Source of the DNA: Piedraia hortae CBS 480.64
Lineage: Eukaryota
NCBI GenBank assembly: GCA_010093745.1
Contig: MU005978.1
Span: forward strand, 124,001 to 188,000
Direction: 5' to 3'
Length of the DNA: 64,000 nt
Shown here piece by piece: positions 22,530 through 33,707 of this stretch; the first letter of the stretch is position 1, and every line of letters starts with the position of its first letter. Made by a program: the position numbers and the translations under genes. The notes beneath the pieces were generated by a model. It did no database searches and was not told where the DNA came from. It saw only the letters and a list, made by a program, of their open reading frames with translations.

Positions 22530-23556
22530 CGAGATTCTCGCGGGGTACAACAAATCTATGAGTGACGTCTACTCGATCGTTGGGGAAAACTGCTCCACAA
22601 ATCGTAAGTTTGCCATAGATTCGCAAGTCCGCTTCAAAGCTGCGCGAGTCACCGATTCAACATCGCGGTAGAAACACACCTAAACACGTCGAATGAAGAG
22701 ATCAACCAGAGCCGCCAGCTAATTAAGTACCGCGATACAGCAAAGCAGTAAACAAAGCTACGCTGACTTACTAATCCAGTTCCCAACAAGCGCAATGAGA
22801 TCATTCAAATAAGAGATTGTCGAACAATTATTTGAACCGTTGCCTTTCCTCGATGAGCAGGATCCGAAGCTGCATTGCAAGGTGCTCGGGAATGCCTGCA
22901 ATATATCGCTGGCCTTTTTTATAAGGTGATGAAACACCTTCATCCTTCACCTCGACCCACTCTCAAAAATGGCAAATGCAAGCCCACCCACGTGCTCCCT
23001 GCGTGGTCCCTTTCCCATTGGCGAACAGTATAAACAGCAGAAAAGCCTGCAGGGGATAGATACCCACACGGTGGCGGTAATAGATGTCCCTAGTCATTGG
23101 TGAGCTTGATTTGTCTGGTTCCTTTTATTGAGTATTGTGTTAACATTCTGGGCGACACTGCAGAGGAGCTCGACAGATTGAAGGCAACAGTCGAAAGAGA
23201 ACTTGGTCCTCTATGAGGCCTGGATCCTATTGGATGTGATAATTGATCATACCCAATTAAGGCCGCACTTGGGCGAATACGCAAGGATCGTAGAAAATCC
23301 CGCGTTCGACACTGCAATTGTTAAGGTCAATGGAGGCAAAGAGAACACGTTTTTGGATGAAGAGTTGCGCTCGGGGGTTGGTCGATACCTGCCGCCCTAG
23401 TGCTGCACCGATTACATTCGTGGGCAGGAGCGAAACCACTTGGACAAGCTCGTCGTAGATGTCAATCGTGAGCGGGGCCGCGAGTTCAAGTGTCAGGACC
23501 TTTTGTTCATTCCCTTCACGTCCAACGTCTGCGAATGAACTTTCAGCCTTAGTAAA
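22530..23556 (+). mobile_element. Decayed hAT-like (RNase H fold) transposase
   Basis: Collinear motifs IVGENCSTNRKFA (22576), PLQSCASHRFNIAV (22629), KLR*LTNPVP, ARIVENPAFDTAIVKV (about 23280), DLLFIPFTSNVCE*TFSLSK (23497-23556, hAT C-terminal-like); frameshifts and stops. Confidence 0.7.
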
Positions 23557-23599
23557 AAGGGCGAGGCCAGTCTACCGGAAAAATCTCAACTCGACAGTT

Positions 23600-24123
23600 C
23601 ACAACCCTTACAAAGATGTCTCTGAATGACAGAAAGGTGCCATTGTCGAGCGATAAAATGCCGGGGAAGGACCCGTCAAGATCTCAAATGCAGAAGGATT
23701 CCCACAATCCACGGTGTCCAGCATCATTCGCCGAGCAAAGCAGGACAAGAGTGTGAAAATAGGCCCAGGTCCGGAAGACCGAAGAAGGCGAATGAACGTG
23801 ATGAGTGAGCAATACTACGTTGTATTCGCCTAAAACCCAAAGTGATATACCAGGAGCTGATGCACGAAGGTTGGCTGCCCCTTGAGCCGCCAAACGCACC
23901 GGTGAATTCTCCGAGACTCTGAAATTGCGCATTGGAAGGCCAAGAAGCGTCCTGCCCTTGACCAGGAGACTGCCAATAAGCGACAAAGATGGGCAAGGCA
24001 GCATTCGAACACCGATGGGGCGTCCTGGACTGTTTCTGATGAGTACTCTAGAGGAGATATACCCATAAGATCCAGGCCACCATTCTATCCACGTTGTGCT
24101 CTAAATTGTCATGTTTCACCGTG
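23600..24123 (+). mobile_element. Decayed, internally deleted Tc1/mariner transposase
   Basis: HTH region VSE*QKGAIV...PQSTVSSIIRR, RPRSGRPKK, WKAKKRPAL...RQRWARQH...WTVSDE (first catalytic D at about 24038); possible TIR end TTTCACCGTG at 24123. Confidence 0.8.
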
Positions 24124-24570
24124 TTTTTTTTCGTAGGAAAAGACAATGTTGTTCTAACTTTGAAAGCTAAGTATACGGCGGCCTACTTGCGCATGACACT
24201 GCACAGATAATCAGATTGCAAAAGTTTCTTACGTTAACTTGTTTGCCTCTGTACTGCGTCTTGGCGGCGTCGCACAGCTAGTCTGGAAACTCTCACAATC
24301 TCACCGAGTACCGATTGCCTAACACATAATACTATCACTCCCCAATCTAGCAGGTGGCATGAGGAAGATGATGCTTCTTCCCATCCACGTATGTATGTGC
24401 TCTCGGTGGCTCCGTTGGAAGGATTCTTACCCCTTGCTTTTGCTAGTAGCTTCGAGACTTAAATTCTGTGCAAAGAACTCCCACACAATCGGGTCATGGA
24501 CGAATGTATCTCATCGATGGACAGCTATGAGGGCGGTTAGATATCATGTTTGTGCCACAAGATGGGCTCG

Positions 24571-25017
24571 TTACCGGCTTTGTGATGGAGCTGCACTGCT
24601 TGGACGGCTGGTAGGGGAAGAACTGACGCCTTGCTCGTCGTCCCTAGAGGCTGTACATCTTCTGGCCTTCCACCATTGCATCAAATGACCCCCAAAAATC
24701 AAGGCAACAATGGTGCAGAAGAAGATCAGAGGAAAGATGATAGGCGTGCTGTCCTCTGTTGGCGGATCCGGCTTGATATCTGTCAGCCCCCTGTAAGTTC
24801 GCTTATTGGAGTTGTTTACCCAATTCTCGGGCTCAAGAGACGTGGCTATGGTGTTTTTTCTGGTCGACTCCGCTGCAAGGGTGGCCGTTGTAAACATGGT
24901 TGTCATGTCTTTTTCCTGTTCTTTCTGAGTATACTGAACGTGATATGCGGTGTATAGCGTTGTGAGTACAGATGGACACCGAGATGTAGAGCGAGAACAG
25001 TGTGAAAGATAAGTCAA
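24571..25017 (-). CDS. Possible small orphan single-pass membrane protein
   Basis: 148-codon ORF with one hydrophobic helix (IIFPLIFFCTIVALIFGG) followed by basic residues; no recognisable family; lies in a decayed region. Confidence 0.35.
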   Translation of the reverse strand: MTYLSHCSRSTSRCPSVLTTLYTAYHVQYTQKEQEKDMTTMFTTATLAAESTRKNTIATSLEPENWVNNSNKRTYRGLTDIKPDPPTEDSTPIIFPLIFFCTIVALIFGGHLMQWWKARRCTASRDDEQGVSSSPTSRPSSAAPSQSR

Positions 25018-26129
25018 GGACTACGGAGTGCGTATGGTGATTGGGAATCTGCTGATGGTTCTTAGTCACCGCTGTGGAGATGAGCAGGGTCATTTTTGTA
25101 GAGGTTCGGTCGTGCTTCCCTCTGCACCCAATACCTGATGAGTCATGTCCAAGAATCAGACTCTTTTTCCTCTTTTGGGCTGATGAATAACATGAGAATT
25201 CGATGGCACGTATGAATTATGCCAGCCCAATGCAAGACGATCGATCGAGGATCTGTCGCGAAACAAGCTCGTGTGCCGTAAAGTGAATGGAGCAGCAGAT
25301 AAGGAAACTAGACCCGGATGGAAAGAAAACAGATAACAGTATTTTTGACTGTTTCTCTTCGACCTTGTTGACGTTCATGGGGGCTTTTCACAAGGTATAT
25401 GGTCTTCTTGATAGAGTACCTGGAGAGCCGATTATATGGAATCGACATCCACAGACTATGGGGCTACCTGCTACCACTAGTCAAACCTCTCCATCCAACT
25501 TCAACTAGGTTGAGTTTCAGGTGCTCGATACCCCGCAAGGATTTAACTTCACTGCGACTACGAGACCTGCGTCTCCTTTAGACGCATGTTGGAACCACAC
25601 TTGACAGACACTCATATGCAAATTTGTCAGTAGCGCCTTTAGGGTGTCATGCGGTTCGCGTCGTCTCGGAATGTGGGGCAGTCTTGGTACGCAAGTCTAC
25701 CCTTCCCTTCTTTTCTTTCCATAGCCACGAACACCCAAGTATCTAAATGAGGGCCAGTCTTTGGCTAAGGCCAGGCCGCAAACTGCGGAAAACAAAACCA
25801 TCTGGAAACCACAAAGCATTCGGATCACATGTGTGCTAGGCGCACAACCAACTGGTCTCACAGCTCAACATCCAATGTCCAATATTGGCAGATGCTTCCG
25901 ACCGTTTGAGAGGAGCCTGACAGGGGATATGTATGCTCATGAACATACAACAAATACAATCACATTCGTCTCGATCACGAGACAGCCCGCATGAGTTAAA
26001 AGAGGAGAAATCCGCGACCCTCATGGAAAGTCATCCTCAGCACGTATCTATGAACCGACCCAAAGAAAACCATGACTTCCATACTGTCGTGCCCACAAAG
26101 CACTCCTATTAACATAATCTGTATAGTGC

Positions 26130-26750
26130 ATGTGCATTCACCGCCACGCTATTCGCTCTACCAATCTTATACTACGGAAACCTGGTCAACATACCCTTTC
26201 ACACCATCCAGACGTGAGAAAGCTACCCATGTCCGAATACCTAGAGCAGAAGCGCGAGTTCACAATTTCTTACATTATTTTCTCCATCTCAGCTACGAAA
26301 ACCAAGCCTAAGGGGTGGCACAGCCACAATAAGAATCGATTCATTCGTGACGCCAAAGCCTACTGGACAGAAAAGATACCGAGACACTTTCTGTGCCTTC
26401 AATTGTAACCACCCGTAGGATTTAAAACAGCGGTCAGGGTGTGGTGACCTTTGTGTCAGCAGGGCTATGCTATAGGATATTAATATACCGCGGACAATTG
26501 TAGACTCTCCCCGGAGGCATGCGCTAATCGGTCCTTTGCCCAACTCGCGGTCGATTCAAAAAAAGGTGGTGCATACAATATCCGCGTAGAGATAATGCAC
26601 ACAACGAATCGCGGGTACGGTGTACGGTCATGATGATCCTTTTAATCCGGGCGAATTCATTATAGAATACACCGGTAACATTATAACGAAGCACGAGTTC
26701 CAGAGGCGGATTAGGGAGGATTGTCCAAGCAAAACTACATGCTGTCTTTC
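26130..26750 (+). pseudogene. Truncated ASH1-like H3K36 methyltransferase fragment (pre-AWS, AWS, start of SET)
   Basis: KPKGW...NKNRFIRDAKAYW; degenerate Cys-rich AWS (GCGDLCVSRAML* ... DNCRL.PEACANRSFAQL); KKGGAYNIRVEIMHTTNRGYGVR; FNPGEFIIEYTGNIITKHEFQRR; stops and frameshifts; catalytic NHSC/post-SET absent. Confidence 0.75.
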
Positions 26751-27339
26751 TGCATATCACATTTTCAAGTTCGTTTCGTTCTTGCCGCGTTACTTGACCA
26801 GGTCGTCTCAAAATGTCTTGGGTGCAGTCGATCAAGTCATCCAAAACCTTCATGCGACAAAAGACTTGTATTTGTACTACGGCACACCCATACCGCAGCA
26901 GAGCACATGCTTTGTTGGCATGAAGTCTCGTTGCTATCAGTGTACGATGCCACTGCGCGACACCTCTTACACCAGCAGCTGCACCCTAGGTTTTGTCCTC
27001 ACAGAGGTTTCCCTCAGGGTCATGTCGCATGCGACATGGTGAATGCGCCCTGCTACTGTTATGAGGTGAGTCATGGAGTAAGACTGCATGCTGACAGTCT
27101 TACTGCATGTATGACCACTTGCTAATGGTCATACAATTGATGACTCTTCATACGAGGCTACGCACGGGCCTTCCAGCCCAGAATATATTCTCTGATGTTC
27201 CCTCGAAGATATACTTGTATTCACTCATAAAACACATCTCTACTTTCCATCCATCGTTCTCACTCATACATACTATCTGTCTTCGTCATGCTTAACATGG
27301 AGGCTTTTGCGAGAATGCACAGAGCGATTACTAAAGCTT

Positions 27340-27680
27340 CCTTGACTGTGAAGCCACTCTACAGCAGGCCGTAACGAGATACACAACGGAAGCGGACAAC
27401 CATAGTGCATCCCGCAGAGGAACAGAAGGTATTTGTTGGAAGTGATTCATCGACAATCTTTTCAACCATTCTGTCAAACTGTTGTGTGACGACAACCAGA
27501 CAGTAATTATCATCATGAATCTGTACATGTACTTTCGACACCTTGGTGTCCACCCACACAGTCTTAGATAATCGACTGCCACAGGAACATCCAAGTGGAA
27601 TGGATGAAAGCGTCCGGCAGACGGTCGTGCGAAGACCTGCCGTCCCAAAAGCTTCAAATATTCTTCGAACAGCTAATACT
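27340..27680 (+). mobile_element. Ty1/copia pol (RNase H) relic
   Basis: DCEATLQQAVTRYTTEAD, LLCDDNQTVI, RHLGVHPH, IQVEWMK..PADG in correct order with stops and frameshifts. Confidence 0.7.
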
Positions 27681-28347
27681 TCAGCACGAGACGATGGTAA
27701 ATAAACGTTGGGTGGTGAACAGGCTGACGTCACATTAAAGTTGCAAGCGCGGATAGAAACGTAGGACTTTTTCTAAGGGATTGGAGATATGAGAGGCACC
27801 GACCATATTTTATCTGTCGAGGTCCGTGTCGGTTCAGATAGAAAAAGAAGTCCAGAACTCCTCCTGCAGATTGCCAGACTGGTGAAGGCACTGCGTCTTA
27901 TTGTGTTGGAAATACGGTATCCATGACCATTGTTAAATTAAACGACACTAGCTTGAGAAATAGGATCATCTTTTCCACCATGAACGTTTTTCATCTCCGC
28001 TCTACTCATCAAGAATCAGAAAATGAACAAAGAATAACAATCGCAGCCCGATGAACATGATGACAAAGCATCCTACATAATCCATATCAACCAAGAGGAT
28101 CGTGATGATAAAGTAGTCTTGAACCCTTCTCAGCCAAAATAAAAGTCCAAATCCGGCATAGCATCGACGCAGTGTAAAAAAAAAAACGGAGCTCAATGAT
28201 GGCAAAATGTTCTCCTAGCGTTAGAGAAGCAGTAACCCAAACCCCCCTACGGTATATCATCAACATAGCCCAGAGAGTGATGACGTTAAAGACGACAACT
28301 GTCTTGTCCTCCCTTGATATTCCCTACCAGTGACAAAGAAGAAATCC

Positions 28348-29268
28348 AAATAATCCTTTAACGCCTCCATAAAGGTCTACCCAACTCTCCAGCATTCCCA
28401 TCCTGTAAACAACAGAGAACCCCCCCAACTCCCCAAACCTAGCCCCAGCGCACTCATCCCAACATTAAACCCCAAACCAAACATCTATAGATCGCAGCTA
28501 TTCGACATATGCTCCAGGTAACGCGAGGCCTCAGCGAGGAAGCGTGCCATGCCTTCATAAAATTTATAATCCTCATTTAGTCTTTGATCCAACTCATCGA
28601 GGCGGATTTTGATGCCCTCGCGTTCCTTTGCCCATTCCCGCACAACGTGTCAGTGACGTGGCGTAGCGACTGTTTGTAGGTCTTACCTCATCCTCGTCAA
28701 AAGTGTCATGGACATTGGTTACATTGACATCGGTTTTGTGGTTGGTAGACTCATTGTGGGCGGCACCGTTAACGGCATCATCATTGGCATCCGTGGCTAG
28801 CTCGTCGGGTGTCTCTTTGGAGGTGTCGGGATGAGCATCACCATTCACACACTCTGAGTTCACAACTGGATTTTCCGACACCTTTTTGGCCCTGTCGGGA
28901 TAAGCTATCGCATTATCGCCATTTGCATGCGTAGAGCTGGCGACCGGATCGTTTTGCATTTCTCTACAGCAGCCAAGATCGGCCTCATTGTTGATGGACA
29001 GCATGGCTCAGCTCGGCAGCACACGTAAATCTCCGTTGAGCCTGCCAAAGGTAAGGTATTCGTGTAGTCAACGTCAATATGAGAGGTTTTTTACCTATTA
29101 GTCAAATCGGAATGTTATTGTGCAGTGCAAGATGCTGCGATTTGGAACGCAGCTATATTCGATTAAGAGAGAAAGAGCAACTGGACTTTTGTTACTCAAC
29201 CCCATTGTGGGTCTCCATGACTTACTTGCCAGTTGGGCTGAAAAGATAAGGCTTCGCGAACCTCGCAC
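28348..29268 (-). pseudogene. Copy A of a tandem duplicated orphan gene (disabled)
   Basis: Aligns by eye to 29543-30370; in-frame TGA at 29008-29010 where copy B has CGA; intron 28638-28686 ends in CGG rather than CAG. Confidence 0.6.
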
Positions 29269-29646
29269 CATGAAACTGGCCAGAAGGAACGACTGAGGAA
29301 GCCATCTGAGCACCGTTTGGCAGTATGGGGTGCTACCCAAAGAATAGCGCGGGTAGAAATGTCAAAAGTGCTGGCCTCCCTCGTAATTCCAACTACTAAA
29401 AAAAAGCAGCTCGAACAATCGTCATGCGTATGACTACTACAACCCAACGATCAATGGGGTCGAGATAACTGCAGTGTCCTACCCTCGCTGGGACTATAGT
29501 AACGGGTGCTGATTCAGGTTCGGTGTATTCATCGACAAGTTCAAAACTGCCTTCAACGCCTCCATGAAGTTTGCCCCAACCACCGAACATTGCCATCCTG
29601 AACAACCGAAAACCCCCCCAACTCCCCATCGCTGCCCCCCGAGCAC

Positions 29647-30150
29647 TCATCCCAACATCATCCCCAACCCAACCACCTGTCCGCCATGACCGTGTGTCTC
29701 ACCCTCCCGCCGATGCAAAACATGTGTGTAGTATCTTTCCAAGTCATTCAAAAATCGACGATGCTCATCGAGTAGTCGATCCATCTCTTCAAGGACTTCG
29801 CTGAGTCGCTGGCAATCAACACGCACATTCGTCTGTTTCTGTTGCTGTTGAGATGTCAATAACATCACAATGGCAAGTTTATAAACCCTACCTCATCTGT
29901 GTCAGGGTCGTTGGTTTCATTAGCATTGGCTTCGTGGTTGGTAGACTCATCGTGGGCAGACTCGTTAATGGCAGCACCATTGGCATCCGCGGCTGGATCG
30001 TCGGGCGTCTCTTGGGAGGTGTCGGGATCAGATATCGCATCGTCACCGTCGGAGCTGACTGGTTCGTTCGGCATGTCTTTGTAGTAAGCCTGAGTGGTAA
30101 TGGAAAGCGTGACTCGGCTCGGTAGCACGAGGAATTCTCTGTTGACTCTG
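29647..30150 (-). CDS. Copy B orphan protein: acidic Asp/Asn-rich region plus helical C-terminus; intron 29845-29891; 5' end unresolved
   Basis: GTAGGG...CAG 47-nt intron joins the 29865-30128 and 29647-29868 ORFs in frame (..DPDTDE-QQKQTNVRVDCQRLSEVLEEMDRLLDEH..). Confidence 0.5.
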
Positions 30151-33100
30151 CTAAAGGTAAGGAACCTGTGTATCTGACGTTCATAAGAGAGGACTGTTAC
30201 CTACTAGCCAAGTCAGATGTTGTTGTTGCAGTGCACGATGCCATGTTAGCGAACGCGGCTATGCTTGACTAACTTGATAATAGAAAGGGTAACTCAACGT
30301 TTGTTGCTCGATTCCATTGTGGTGATCTATGACTTACTTGCCCGGAGAGATAGCGCTTCGCATCTCGCAAAAATCCTAAGTAGAAAGGATTAAGCGACCA
30401 TTCCGCGAAAGATCTATAGCATATGTCGGCTAGAATCTACAATAGTAGTGGCCCGGCGGGGCGATTCTCCTGGGTAGTGTTGATTTCAAAAGTGGAAAGG
30501 GGGTGATTGATGGGGAGGAGGCCTCGGGGTTTGTGATATAAAGGGGAAGAGAAAGAAGGTGTGATTAAGGCGAGCCAAAAGTTGAATAGTCACGCGTTTG
30601 AGAAAGCTGTTGCTGTGGCGTGGTACCTGTGAAAAGGTCCTGTGGGGAGTTTTTGGATTGTTAATTTATCAGGAGCGAACAATGTTAATCCCTGGGACCT
30701 TGGGGCTCATTCATGCCGAAAAGGCCGTGAGAATTTTTGAGAAGTCGTGGTGAAAGCCTTTTTGATCATTTTGCTGTCTAGATAGCTACGAGATGGTTTA
30801 AATCCTCTAATGATCCTCTTCTTCTTGATCCGACTCAAATGTTATATCCAATATGAAGCGGTCGACTTTCAATCCGACCGGGGATCGAGGTCTAGATCTC
30901 CATCTCCAAGCCACGCTCGGAGTACTAGTCACCCTAAGCAGGAGGCCTCCCAGAACAATGTGTGCAGGTGCTTGAAGACCTCCGGCCCCTGACATATCAG
31001 GGCTGACATATCAGGGGCATCAGCCATCTTGCAGTATGCGATCATGGGACTGTTGCAGCCTAAACGTAACAGAATCTTGTAGTTTATTACACCGAAACCT
31101 CTATGCCGAAATGTACCAAGCTTGGAAGACGCTCGAAAAGTCGCTTCCGTTCATCTTCGAACACCGGAAAAACCCGAACATTTGATAATCCACGCGATTT
31201 GATCGAAGGAAAACGAAGGCGGCTCAATCGGCGCAATCGAAGCCATTGCATGTGCATCAATAATGCCGACCTGACCATTCGGGACATTGTCAAAAACCAG
31301 TACTAGACTGCACAAGGTATTCACTGTCGCGAGGGCATCGAAAGATGTGGGTGATGGCTTCTTCAGGTTGATCCTTGTAGAAGTGGCAATCATTGTGAGG
31401 TCGGCGGGATAGCCCAGTCCTATGGTCGTAGAACCCAAGTACATGAAGTACATCGCAACCCGGAACGACCTTGCGCAAGGTGAGCACAATTCATGATCTT
31501 CGGCGGTGCAACCGAGGCTTACCAGACCTTGATGTCTTTCCCACCGGCCACCTTTGTTGTGCTGGAGTCGAGCCCAGGAAGAACAATTCCGCCACCAATG
31601 CCGCTGCTGTTCCGGAGATCCGGTAAGAGACTTAAGGGACGAGGCCTCGCTACATAGCCGCCGGTGCGTCTTGGGCGGTGCTGAAGCGAGGCTGGCTGCA
31701 TTGCTGTCGCCTCTGTTATCAGTTTCTTCTGCCGCGTTTGCTCGCGTCACCATCGCATCTATAAACGCTCGAAGCCGCGACTCGGAAACGTGGAGCCGCC
31801 ATCGAGAAAAGATGCGTCATCTCCGGTGCATCTGCTTTCTAAGACCAACTTCGGATAGCATACAACTCCTGATTGATGAACTGAGAGAGCTCCATATTGG
31901 TGTATAGCCGGTCTTGCTTTCTAAGGAAAATGAGTAAGTCCTAATGAATGTCTTTGTGAGGCCTCAGCCTACACAGCGTTCGTCTTTCACGAGCTTGAGA
32001 AACTTGCTGGTGTTGAACCTACACAAGACACAGCCAAAGAAATACAATGATGACAAATCAAGCTCCTGTAGCCCATCTAGAGGCTCAATCAAATTCATCA
32101 GCATGGGTATGCAGCCGTTATCATGCTTTAACTTTAGCCTGACAACGCTGCGCGGTATAGCATCGAAGCTCTATCCTTCGTAGTCACACAAATTGTAACA
32201 GTCTCCTCTGTGGTGCATGCTTCATTTGCCTGTGATGCACACGGACCGTTGTCAGACCACGTCCACGTCCACGTCCACGACAGGTGTTTGAAAGTCTTTG
32301 GAGAGATGAGTGACAGAAGGCAGTATATCTAGCCACACAACAAAGTTTGCAAGCTCCTGGCGTGTTGGCATAGGCGCTCTATCAAGCATGTTGGTACTCG
32401 CCCATCGCCACAAAAACTCTTGTCCGGGCCCAACCCAGTTTCTGCACACTGCGATAAAGCTATCTAGCGCAGCGTGGTTGTCTTTGAGGTTGCCTGCAAC
32501 CTTTAGCAGGATTTTAGCGGGAAGAAATGTCTTTAGACATTTGATGGTGCGTTTTCCGTGCACGAGGGCGCGTGTATACAAACTTGAATTTGCGACGGCG
32601 CGGTGTAGACATGCCGGTTGCGCGGTAACGCTTCTGTCTGGGCCTGCATGGTCGCAATGCCCGTTTATCAGTCATCGTATGTCAAAGAAGCGCAAGAGTT
32701 GTCGAACTGGGAAAGTGACGAGATGTGTAGGTTGGTACGGTACGGTATGCTGGTGTGTATAATGACAAGTGCAAGTATGGAAATCAGTGTCTGGGGTTGG
32801 AGACTACGAGCTACTTGTGGCAGACGGGGACCCACCAACTGGGGTTTATGGTCCTGATCCACACTTGTCTGGGGTTGACAACTAGCACGACAGCTCCATG
32901 GGACCTGTCACCGGAAGCGCACTCACCACATCATTGAGAAGGAAATCTCATCATGATAGAAAACTCAAGTTGTAAGAAGTTATGAACAAATATTTCAATG
33001 ATACAGGAAGTAACTGCAAGGAACATAGGCTGTGTTGTTTGACAATTCATTTCACCTGTTGACTCCCACGTATACCCCTTTTGTTTGCAAGATATGATAA

Positions 33101-33707
33101 CGATAAATCACTCCATGTGCTATCTGAGTTCCCGAAGGGCCTACGAGCATTACCTCTTTGGCTGATACGCTGGAAAATTCCACCTTTGACGCTGAGGTCG
33201 CCAGTTCATTGAAACCCTGCCTCTTCAACACACGTTCTGTTACCCTCTTATCTGAAAATTCTGCCAAAGACAGAGGTAGAATAGCACTCTTTGGTCGTAT
33301 TACCAAGATAGCTGGAGAAACAACGGTAGTGAAGATGGCAAAGTCTCATCCTACCCCCTCTCACGGAAGATCCCAATCCTGCATATCCCCAAAGAGATAG
33401 TCACTCCTCAACATACCAATCGAAAGAACGAGAACACCACCCCATAAGGAAGAAATCTCACCAGTCCAGCCCAGGTCAGACCTGTAGTCCTCAACCCGCT
33501 CCCCCGTGTATCACCAACGCAACCCAACACAGGAGACAACTAAATGTCCCACTCTCTCAAACCCACTCAACCAACTAGACAAAAACGAACACCATCGGAG
33601 ATGAAACATCCCACCAACTGAAAACCAACCCAACGTCTCACAACGAAACAGAACTTCATCCACACACAAACCTCTTAAACCCCTACCCACCTATTCATCC
33701 ATCTCTA

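Noticed and set aside
20200..33600. Starship or Helitron as explanation of the island
   Set aside because: No tyrosine-recombinase captain or Rep/helicase motifs recognised; no defined termini.
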